Assembly: GCA_942493095.1 (NCBI GenBank)
Contig: OW818675.1
Coordinates: 3,000,001 to 3,032,000, forward strand
DNA length: 32,000 nucleotides
Direction of reading: 5' to 3'
Origin: Candidatus Electronema halotolerans
Lineage (GTDB): Bacteria > Desulfobacterota > Desulfobulbia > Desulfobulbales > Desulfobulbaceae
In this document: piece after piece, positions 24,887 through 32,000 of the stretch
Numbering within the stretch: the first letter of the stretch is position 1
Layout: each line of letters begins with the position of its first letter
The notes under the pieces: generated by a model
Told to the model about the DNA's origin: nothing
The model's input: the letters and a program-made list of their open reading frames with translations, nothing else
Database searches by the model: none
Program-made: the position numbers and the translations under genes

Positions 24887-25505
24887 GCATTACTCAGACT
24901 GCGCCTTGACCCAAGCTCTGCACGAGCGGGCCGCAGCGCGGGAAAAGCCGGTTCAGCGCAGTCCGGCTTGGCAGGCTGCGCTGAACAAGGCGAAAAAGGT
25001 TGAGCTGCTGCTCTTGGATGTCGATGGTGTGCTGACAGACGGCACAGTTTTTTACCCCCCGCAGCGCGGTGAAATCAAAGGCTTTAACACCCAAGACGGT
25101 TTTGGCCTGCGCATTTTGCAGGAGGCGGGCATCAGCGCGGGCATCATCACGGCGAGAAGTTCGGACGCGGTGAGCAGGCGGGCCAAGGATTTGAAACTGA
25201 GCCATCTGTACGCAGGCTGCTCAGACAAGGCGGCTGCTTACGCCGAAATTATTGCCCAGACAGGTCTCTGGCCGGAGCAGATCGCCTACATGGGCGACGA
25301 CTGGCTCGACCTGCCTGTGCTGAACAAGGTCGGCTGCGCTTTTGCTCCGGCCAATGCTGCGCCGGAACTGCGGCAGCGGGTTGATTATGTGACCGAACGC
25401 AGCGGCGGTCACGGGGCGGTGCGGGAAGTTTGCGAGCTGATCTTGGCGGCAAAGGGCCTTTTAGCTGAGGTGTTCAGCCGTTACAATCAAGGCGGCAGGT
25501 CATGA
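24879..25505 (+). CDS. kdsC: KDO-8-P phosphatase (HAD superfamily)
   Basis: The likely start is the ATG at 24879, overlapping the end of kdsA; the track ORF extends further upstream. Motifs [23 protein letters not shown] and [11 protein letters not shown]. About 208 aa. Confidence 0.88.
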   Translation: MNEHYSDCALTQALHERAAAREKPVQRSPAWQAALNKAKKVELLLLDVDGVLTDGTVFYPPQRGEIKGFNTQDGFGLRILQEAGISAGIITARSSDAVSRRAKDLKLSHLYAGCSDKAAAYAEIIAQTGLWPEQIAYMGDDWLDLPVLNKVGCAFAPANAAPELRQRVDYVTERSGGHGAVREVCELILAAKGLLAEVFSRYNQGGRS

Positions 25506-26068
25506 GAATTGGTCTTCGCAACCTGCTCTGGCTCATCCCGCTCGGCCTGATTCTGACCAGTCCGCTCTGGCGGCAGCCCGCAGAGGAATTCCTCAAACCA
25601 CGCGGCGGCTATGATTCGGCGGCGGAACGGGCCTATACGGAAAAGGAGCAGCGTTTTGTCATGGATGATGTTATCCTGACCTTTTACAGCAAGGGCGAGC
25701 AGACATGGACTGTCAAGGCGGCTGAGACCCGCACCGGCAAAACAGATCGGGAAATTGACATGACCACGGTTCATGCGGTGTACAGCAAAAAAGGCGATGA
25801 TCCCCTGACCGTGACCAGCAAGCTGGGCAGCTACCAGATGGATGACAAGCACCTGATCTTGATCAAGGATGTGGTCTTGATCAAGCCGGTCCAGCAGGAG
25901 GAGCTGCACACCGAGCTGCTCCATTATTACGACCAGAGCAAAACGCTGGTCAGTCCGGTGGATGTGAAGATCACAAGTCCCACCTTTGACTTGCAGGGCG
26001 GCAATATGCACTATGATGTCTCCACCAAGGCCTACGACTTCGGCGGACGGGTGCATGCGGTGATGTAA
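25502..26068 (+). CDS. lptC: LPS export system protein LptC-like
   Basis: 188 aa with a single N-terminal TM anchor followed by a beta-rich periplasmic domain. ATGA overlap with kdsC. The position after kdsC is the canonical lptC position. Confidence 0.6.
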   Translation: MRIGLRNLLWLIPLGLILTSPLWRQPAEEFLKPRGGYDSAAERAYTEKEQRFVMDDVILTFYSKGEQTWTVKAAETRTGKTDREIDMTTVHAVYSKKGDDPLTVTSKLGSYQMDDKHLILIKDVVLIKPVQQEELHTELLHYYDQSKTLVSPVDVKITSPTFDLQGGNMHYDVSTKAYDFGGRVHAVM

Positions 26069-26104
26069 CTTGCTGCTTTTTCAGAATATAATTATCATGG
26101 AACA

Positions 26105-26866
26105 ATGAGCGAGCAAATCGGCATTGTCGGTGTGCCGCCCTTGGAGATCATCCGCCAGCTCAACGAGGAGCAGGCGCAGATCATCGACTTGGACGAGCCG
26201 CTCCTGCCGCTGCCTATAGATCAAACTGATAAGCACCTGCCCAGAGTCTATTGCGCCATTCTCCGCACCGTGCTGCTCAACGCGCTGAATTTGCATCTCG
26301 ACCGGATTTATATTGACATCGGCCCCGGCAAGTGCGACTGCGCCCTGCATGTGGCGGCAGTGCTGCAACATCTTCTCAGCATTCCCGTGATCAAAGTCCG
26401 CAATGTGGACAGCAAAGACTTTGGCTATCCCATCTGCCGGAGCAGCCTGCCCTTGACGGAAAAAATACAGACCATAACCAAAGGCGTGACCTCCTGCCAG
26501 TCCTCGCCCAAGCATCCGCCCTGCCAGCCAGCCGCCGGGTTCTGGGGCGTGCCGCCCCGCGACTTCTCCATTCTTTCCCTGTTCCCGGACAAGACGCATG
26601 TCTATGGCTGGACCCGCTGCATGGAAAACAAGACTCCGGCTGACTTGGAGCTGGAAGCGCACTGCAATCCGGCAGTGCCGACAGTGTTCTTTGCCCAGTC
26701 CTTCTGCGCCAAGAACGCCTTGGCCAAGCATCTGGCTGACCGCCATCCCAAGGCGCTCTGGGTTGACTGCGATGTCAGCGCAGGCTCCAGTGCCAAGGCA
26801 AAAATTGAGGCGTTTTTGGAATTGTCCGGCGTGACGAGCAGCGGAGGCGGCAGTGCTGCTGGCTGA
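26105..26866 (+). CDS. Cys-rich hypothetical protein, possibly a partner or substrate component for the adjacent activase-like ATPase (2-hydroxyacyl-CoA-dehydratase-related?)
   Basis: 253 aa with 10 Cys, including GPGKCDCALH. The plus-strand frame has plausible composition, whereas the antisense ORF 26081-26875 is Ala/Gly/Arg-rich. It overlaps the next gene by 14 nt. The family assignment is uncertain. Confidence 0.55.
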   Translation: MSEQIGIVGVPPLEIIRQLNEEQAQIIDLDEPLLPLPIDQTDKHLPRVYCAILRTVLLNALNLHLDRIYIDIGPGKCDCALHVAAVLQHLLSIPVIKVRNVDSKDFGYPICRSSLPLTEKIQTITKGVTSCQSSPKHPPCQPAAGFWGVPPRDFSILSLFPDKTHVYGWTRCMENKTPADLELEAHCNPAVPTVFFAQSFCAKNALAKHLADRHPKALWVDCDVSAGSSAKAKIEAFLELSGVTSSGGGSAAG

Positions 26867-27503
26867 TTTTGGCACCTCCTATTGCAAGGTGCTGGACACA
26901 GAAGGAGACGCGGCCCCAAGAATCATTCCAGCCCGCGACCTGCCCCGCGACTTTCAAGCCGATATTGGCACTGGCCATAATGCCAAACGGCGGAGCAGAC
27001 GGACAGTCAACGAGCTGACCGCTTTGGCCAAAGGCGGCCTGAAGCTGATCGGGGAGCCGGATTTTGTTCTTCTTGATTGCGGCAGCCGGGACATTAAATT
27101 TGTCCGCTTCAAGAACGGTCAGATGGAGGACATGGGCTGGAACGCCGAGTGCGGGGCTTCAATGGGGTTCACCATCGAGCTGTTAGCCACCTATTATCGG
27201 ATTGATTATGCGCAGGTGCCGCTGCCGGACAGCGGCTTTTCCGTGACCTGCGGTGTACTCGGCCTGAGCTGCATTTTTGATGCGGTGGCTGCTGGCTCTT
27301 CCGAGCTGGAAGCGGCAGGAAAATTTGTCCGGGGCATTGCCCGCAATGCGTGGCGTTTTGCCGGATCACCGGAAAAACTTTATCTCTCCGGCGGGCTGTG
27401 CGACAATTCGCTCTTCACAGCCTGTTTTCCCTGCGAGCTGATTCCATTGGGCCGCTTTGTCCTGTTGGAGGGACTCCTGCTGCTGGACAGAGGAGCTGGC
27501 TGA
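26853..27503 (+). CDS. BcrAD/BadFG/HgdC-type (ASKHA-fold) activase-like ATPase, divergent
   Basis: 216 aa, with a GTG start 5 nt after GGAGG. Colinear with activase motifs: ADFGTSYCKVL (phosphate-1 DxG[ST]), IGTGHNAKRR, NELTALAKGG, LLDCGSRDIKF, WNAECGASMGFTIE (compare MNDKCAAGTGRF, cluster Cys) and SVTCGVLGLS (second Cys). Confidence 0.6.
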   Translation: MLLADFGTSYCKVLDTEGDAAPRIIPARDLPRDFQADIGTGHNAKRRSRRTVNELTALAKGGLKLIGEPDFVLLDCGSRDIKFVRFKNGQMEDMGWNAECGASMGFTIELLATYYRIDYAQVPLPDSGFSVTCGVLGLSCIFDAVAAGSSELEAAGKFVRGIARNAWRFAGSPEKLYLSGGLCDNSLFTACFPCELIPLGRFVLLEGLLLLDRGAG

Positions 27504-27510
27504 AGCATGA

Positions 27511-28814
27511 GGGTTCCTCGAAAAATACAACATCCATTCTGCTGCATTTGTTTTGTTATTTTTTATTTTAATATTGAAATTTCAGTCTATTATGTTATAA
27601 TTTCGGCATCAATTCAACTCATGCTGCCGGAGATGCACAGATGAACCAACTTGGATTTTTTGATTTTTATATTCGTCTTTCCCGAATTGACAAAGCAGGT
27701 GATCCTTTAGTTAAGATCAACAAGGCTATTGACTGGGAAATATTTCGGCCAATTCTTGAAGAAGCAAAAAGAAAGCCTGTGAAATCAAATGCTGGAGCTA
27801 AAGGTTATGATTCAGTCATGATGTTCAAAATTTTAATTTTGCAATCATTATACAATCTTTCTGATAAAGGGATGGAATATCAAATTCTTGACAGATATTC
27901 GTTTTCCAGATTCCTTGGACTTCGGGCGGCTGACAAAGTTCCAGATGCGACAACGATATGGCTTTTTCGTGAAACTTTGACCAAAGCAGGAAAAATCGAG
28001 GAACTGTTTTCTGTTTTTGACGAATTTCTTGATGAAAATGGATATCAAGCCAGAAAAGGGCAGATAGTCGACGCTTCCATAGTCAACGCCCCGATCCAGC
28101 GTAACAGCCGCAAGGAAAACAAGCAGATCAAGAATGGTGAACAGCCTGAAGGATGGAGTGAGAATAAGCAGGCGCAGAAGGATACTGATGCCCGTTGGAC
28201 CAAAAAGAACGGCAGAAGCTTTTTGGTTATAAAAATCATATATCTGTTGATGTGAAGCATAAATTCATCCGAAAATATGCGGTGACCAGCGCCGAGGTTC
28301 ATGACAGCAATATTTTTGAGGAGCTGCTTGACCCTGACAACACCAGTCGGGATATCTATGCGGATTCGGCATACAGATCTGAAAAAAAGCTCAACTGGTT
28401 GAACGAGAATGGATACAGAGAGCATCTGAACCGCAAAGGAACACGAAGCCGGAAACTGACCGAATGGGAGAAGCAGGGAAATCGGACAAGATCAAAAATT
28501 CGCTCCCGGATTGAACACGTCTTCGGCATCCAGGCGCAACGTGCTGGCAATATGATTCTCCGAGGAACAGGTTTCATTCGCGCTGCTGCGAAAATAGGCT
28601 TGAGAAACTTGACGTTCAATATTGACAGGTACGGAACTCTTAATAAAATTTAAGATTTAAAAAAAAGAAACGCATTCAGGAACATATTTCAACGGAAGTT
28701 TGCTCAAAATAAATAAAAAACAGGAAATAACAATTTATGTATTTGAAATTTTCAACTGTCAAAGACACTATTGATAAGCTGAAAAAACTTTATCTCAAAT
28801 TTTTCGAGGTTCCC
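27511..28814 (+). mobile_element. IS5-family insertion sequence (1304 bp) with a 4-bp target-site duplication
   Basis: Terminal IRs are GGGTTCCTCGAAAAAT (27511-27526) and ATTTTTCGAGGTTCCC (28799-28814), matching 14 of 16. They are flanked by ATGA at 27507-27510 and 28815-28818. The interior is AT-rich. Confidence 0.88.
27641..28653 (+). pseudogene. IS5-family DDE transposase split by a frameshift in a T5 run (28220-28224)
   Basis: Frame A (27641-28255) carries the N-terminal domain up to DARWTKKNGRSF. Frame B (open to 28653) continues FGYKNHISVD...ADSAYRS...RSRIEHVFG. One extra T would give the contiguous ..KNGRSFFGYKNH.. typical of IS5 transposases. Confidence 0.8.
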
Positions 28815-28817
28815 ATG

Positions 28818-28848
28818 AAAAAAGGCCGGAGACAGAAAGTATCCGGCC
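28818..28848 (-). terminator. rho-independent terminator of the cytochrome gene, abutted by the IS5 insertion
   Basis: The minus strand has GGCCGGA-TACTTTCTGTC-TCCGGCC followed by TTTTTT. The U-tract ends at the ATGA target duplication. Confidence 0.7.
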
Positions 28849-28885
28849 TGAAGAGCATCACACTCAGAATCAGAATGGCTGCGGC

Positions 28886-29521
28886 TCAGTTGCCCTTGTC
28901 AGCCTCATTACGACTGTCTTTGGGCGGCTTCATGTCAGTGCCGTGACAGCGGACGCAGCTATCCTGATCGGTGACTGCAAAGGCGGTTGAACCGTCGTGG
29001 CAGGTGCCGCAGTATTTGCCTTGGCCTAAAGAGGCCATGTTGAAATCGCCCTTTGCCTTGGCCGCGCCTGCGGTCTGCTGAAAAATGCTGTTGTGGCAGT
29101 CCGTGCAGTTGAACCCAGCCTTTTCCACGTGAAATGTATGACTGAAAAGGATGCTGTCATCTGTCGGCATGGCTGCCGGATCCGTTATGACCTTTGCCGG
29201 TGCGGCAGCAGGTTTTTCAGCCGCTGGCGGTGGTTCCTTCGGAAGAGAAGGTGGCTCAGATGCCTGTTTAGCCATCTGCTGAAGTTCCGGCGGCAGTTTC
29301 GAATTCTTCGCTTGCAGCTTCTGAAGCTCCGGCGGCAGATGTGCAGTCTCTGCCTTTTCTAATTTTTGAAGCTCCGGCGGCAGCGGAGCCTCAGCCCCCC
29401 GCAGCATAGGTAGAATGTTCTTGCCCGGCTTCTCAGTCTGTCCTGCGGCAGAGAAACATAAGCCAAGGCAAACAGCCGTAGCCATGCCAATAATACAACC
29501 TGTTCTGGTTCTTGATTTCAT
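28886..29521 (-). CDS. exported triheme c-type cytochrome (c7/c3-like domain) with a repeat-containing Pro-rich linker
   Basis: Three CxxCH sites (CTDCH, CGTCH, CVRCH) lie in the C-terminal ~75 aa. The signal peptide is MKSRTRTGCIIGMATAVCLGLCFSAAG. The start is chosen at 29521 (RBS AGAGGA) rather than the track start 29563. The linker has three LPPELQ(K/Q)(L/M) repeats. Confidence 0.85.
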   Translation of the reverse strand: MKSRTRTGCIIGMATAVCLGLCFSAAGQTEKPGKNILPMLRGAEAPLPPELQKLEKAETAHLPPELQKLQAKNSKLPPELQQMAKQASEPPSLPKEPPPAAEKPAAAPAKVITDPAAMPTDDSILFSHTFHVEKAGFNCTDCHNSIFQQTAGAAKAKGDFNMASLGQGKYCGTCHDGSTAFAVTDQDSCVRCHGTDMKPPKDSRNEADKGN

Positions 29522-30033
29522 CAAGTTATCCTCTTTAAGCGAGTCCAAATCAAAAAATGCCAATTTTTTCGACTTGATATCGAGATTATCCTTCGTAGCT
29601 GCCGCTTCAGTCCCGACTTTTAAACTTATCGAAGTTTACAGAACACTTCAAGAGATTTCGTAAAAAATATGCGAATTCAAGTTCTAAGTGCAACTTTTCA
29701 GCAGGCTCATGAGAACAGTTCTTTCAGTCATGTTGAATCCTAAAGATTTCAGCAATCTGCCGCTGATTTTTCATAAAAACGGTTATGGGTTGCCTATCTT
29801 AACCAGTTAATCTGACAGCGTTTCGATGAGTTGTGTGCGTTCTCATTCATGCGCCTCTTACAGGATGGTAAAAATTGCATTATCATGCTGTCAGAACGCG
29901 CTTTTTTTTCTGCTTTGAAAAAAGTTATTTGAATCCAAACTTATAGCCTCCTTTTCCAGATGCTTGCGGATACCGGCCTGCTTCAGCACTGAATCCGCAA
30001 GTATTTCTCCCAGAGCAGTTTTCCTGCTGCTGC

Positions 30034-31215
30034 TCATTCCTGCCAGAACGGCGACATTTCCCGCAATCCTGCAATGATTTCCGGCATTTTCGCCAAGACA
30101 AAATCCACTTCCTCCTCAGTGTTGTAAATTGAGAGACTGAAGCGGATCGAACCGTGCGCGGCGGTGAAGGGCACGCCCATTGCCCGAAGGACGTGGGACG
30201 GTTCCAGCGAACCGGAGGTGCAGGCCGAGCCGGACGAGGCGCAGATATTATGCCGGTTCATGTGGAGAAGGATGGCCTCGCCTTCGACGTACTCAAAGCT
30301 GATGTTGCTGGTGTTGGGCAGCCGCTGCTCGGCGTGGCCGTTGCGCATGGATTTGGGCACCGCCGCCAGCAGACCCTGCTCCAGCTTGTCGCGCAGAGCA
30401 CGGACCCGCGTGTTTTCCTCTGCCATCCTCTGCCCGGCAAGCTCACAGGCCTTGCCCAAGCCGACAATTGCCGCCACGTTCTCGGTGCCGCCCCGGCGGC
30501 CCTTTTCCTGATGCCCGCCGTGCAAAAATGGAACAAATGGCGTTCCCTTGCGCACATAGAGCGCGCCAATGCCTTTTGGCGCATGGAGCTTGTGGCCGGA
30601 CAGGGAGAGAAAATCAATTTGATTGCTCTTCATGTTGATTGGCACCTTGCCCACGGCCTGCACTGCATCTGTGTGGAAAAGGATGCCGCGCTCCTTAGCC
30701 ATGACCGCCATCTCCTCCACCGGAAAGATGACCCCGGTCTCGTTGTTGGCCCACATGATTGAAGCGATGGCAGTGTTGTCGGCAAGAGCCTCGTAATAGC
30801 TGTCTATATTGAGGGTGCCGTCCTCTGCCACACCAAGGCGGGTTGTGTGATACTGATGACCGGTTAGCTGGCCGAGATTCTCGCAGAGATTTTTGACTGC
30901 CGGATGCTCGACTTTGGTGGTCACCAACTGCCGCTTGTCTTGGTAGGATTGAAGGGCGGAGAGAATGGCAGTGGAGTCGCTTTCTGTGCCGCAGCTAGTG
31001 AAAACGATTTCCTCCGGCTCCGCGCCGAGCAGCTCGGCGACGTGGCCGCGAGCCTCAGCCACCACCCGCCCGACTTGGCCGCCAAAACTGTGCATGGACG
31101 AGGGATTGCCGTAGCAGTCGCTGAGAAAGGGCAGCATCGCCTCCAGCACTTCCGGGGCAATCCGGGTGGTGGCGTTGTTGTCCATGTAGATGACCTTGCT
31201 TGCGTCGCAGTCCAT
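30034..31215 (-). CDS. nifS: cysteine desulfurase (NifS/IscS class I)
   Basis: 393 aa with the PLP-Lys motif SLSGHKLHAPKGIGALY and the catalytic Cys loop ASSGSACTSG. It is coupled to nifU by a TGATG overlap. Confidence 0.92.
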   Translation of the reverse strand: MDCDASKVIYMDNNATTRIAPEVLEAMLPFLSDCYGNPSSMHSFGGQVGRVVAEARGHVAELLGAEPEEIVFTSCGTESDSTAILSALQSYQDKRQLVTTKVEHPAVKNLCENLGQLTGHQYHTTRLGVAEDGTLNIDSYYEALADNTAIASIMWANNETGVIFPVEEMAVMAKERGILFHTDAVQAVGKVPINMKSNQIDFLSLSGHKLHAPKGIGALYVRKGTPFVPFLHGGHQEKGRRGGTENVAAIVGLGKACELAGQRMAEENTRVRALRDKLEQGLLAAVPKSMRNGHAEQRLPNTSNISFEYVEGEAILLHMNRHNICASSGSACTSGSLEPSHVLRAMGVPFTAAHGSIRFSLSIYNTEEEVDFVLAKMPEIIAGLREMSPFWQE

Positions 31216-32000
31216 CAGCGTGCCTCCTCGACAATCAGGGTTTCGGCCACCTGCTCGCGCAGTTTCTTTTCCACGTAATTCTTGAGCGTGGTGAATGAGG
31301 ATTGACAGCGGGCGCAGGCTCCGCGCAGGGAGACCGTGACAATATCGCCTTCAACATCAATCAGCTCAATATCGCCGCCGTCCTTTTTCAGGGTGGGACG
31401 AATCTCCCGTTCGATCACCTCTTCAATTTTTTTGATTTTCTGGAGGGTGGTCATGCGCGGTGTCTTGACTGGGACCGTCTTTGCCCCTGCCAGCTCCTGC
31501 ACGGTCTGCTGGAGCAGTTCGCGCAGCCGGTCTTCGCACTTGCCGCAGCCGCCGCCCGCCTTGGTGTAGTTGGTGATTTCCTCGACCGAGCGCAGGCTTG
31601 ATTCACGGATGGCATGGATGATCTCCAGATCAGTCACGCCAAAGCATTCGCAGACCACATTGCCCTGCGCCATAGGCAGGATCACGCCCCGATAGTTGGC
31701 AATGGCCGCTTCCAAGGCTTCCCGGCCCATGACTGAGCAGTGCATCTTCTCCTTGGGCAGGCCGCCGAGCGCGTCAGCAATGTCCTGATTGGTGATCTTG
31801 GCCGCTTCGTCAATCGACATGCCTTTGATCAGCTCGGTCAGCACCGAGGAGGAGGCAATGGCTGAGGCGCAGCCAAAGGTTTTAAATTTTGCGTCCGTGA
31901 TGATGCCGTCCGCATCCACCTGAATGGTCAGCTTGAGCGCGTCGCCGCAGGCCAAAGAGCCGACCTCGCCAGTGCCGCTCGGCTTGTCCAGCACGCCGAC
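31215..32000 (-). CDS. nifU: three-domain NifU Fe-S scaffold protein (N-terminus outside the window)
   Basis: IscU-like domain GSLACGDALKL...FGCASAIASSS...MHCSV, a central ferredoxin-like CECFGVT...GGGCGKC, and a C-terminal NifU domain IRPTLKKDGGDIELIDVEG..V.V.L.GACARCQSS. The reading frame is open to the window edge. Confidence 0.9.
   Translation of the reverse strand, partial: VGVLDKPSGTGEVGSLACGDALKLTIQVDADGIITDAKFKTFGCASAIASSSVLTELIKGMSIDEAAKITNQDIADALGGLPKEKMHCSVMGREALEAAIANYRGVILPMAQGNVVCECFGVTDLEIIHAIRESSLRSVEEITNYTKAGGGCGKCEDRLRELLQQTVQELAGAKTVPVKTPRMTTLQKIKKIEEVIEREIRPTLKKDGGDIELIDVEGDIVTVSLRGACARCQSSFTTLKNYVEKKLREQVAETLIVEEAR

Noticed and set aside
26081-26875. 264-aa minus-strand ORF opposite the Cys-rich gene
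   Set aside because: It is Ala/Gly/Arg-rich with no RBS. The plus-strand frame is translationally coupled to the activase-like gene and has more protein-like composition. This call is less certain than the others.
29560-29585. Sigma54-type promoter upstream of the cytochrome gene (minus strand TTGGCATTTTTTGATTT)
   Set aside because: The -24 TGGCA element is present, but the -12 element (TTGC) is not (GATT instead). This is insufficient support.
29811-29905. Rho-independent terminator or sRNA ending at the T8 run
   Set aside because: The complementary segments are interleaved in pseudoknot order rather than forming a GC-rich stem directly before the T run. It is kept only as part of the general note on the AT-rich gap.

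Overview
This is a chromosomal, mostly housekeeping window, about 55-60% GC by eye with several clearly AT-richer patches. Gene content suggests a Desulfobacterota/deltaproteobacterial genome: CimA-type citramalate synthase, housekeeping NifU-NifS, a c7-type triheme cytochrome and kdsA-kdsC-lptC. That taxonomic call is inference only.

Gene order: ispE (3' end), tRNA-Gln, prs, rplY | orphan Zn-ribbon/DUF4145 gene | hrpA | IS1-family element | small membrane/TPR-like protein | exported WD40-caspase protein | cimA | purD-purE fusion, tsaC | three csp paralogs interrupted by an IS200 element and a duplicated tsaC 3' fragment | small Lys-rich ORF, ABC-F (ybiT-like), DEAD-box helicase (rhlB-like) | glsB-like, yqgE/algH | exported hypothetical | kdsA-kdsC-lptC | two-gene cassette (Cys-rich protein plus BcrAD/BadFG-type activase-like ATPase) | IS5-family element with 4-bp target duplication | triheme cytochrome | nifS-nifU (nifU runs off the window).

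I found no rRNA, no CRISPR array and no recognisable multi-gene defence locus. I cannot demonstrate a clear new system from sequence alone. The candidates most worth follow-up are:
- the tsaC-fragment/csp segmental duplication with an IS200 in a csp leader;
- a palindromic element family (GTAGGGG-NNN-TTC..GAA-NNN-CCCCTAC) with one copy in frame inside hrpA and one intergenic copy showing compensatory changes;
- a 5-6 x 24-bp hairpin array filling a convergent intergenic gap;
- an ATGCATGCAT palindrome cluster next to the orphan DUF4145 gene;
- the activase-like pair sitting where lptA/lptB are expected;
- the signal-peptide WD40-caspase protein;
- the PurD-PurE fusion.

Family assignments come from motifs I recognised by eye in the supplied translations. 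No database search was run.
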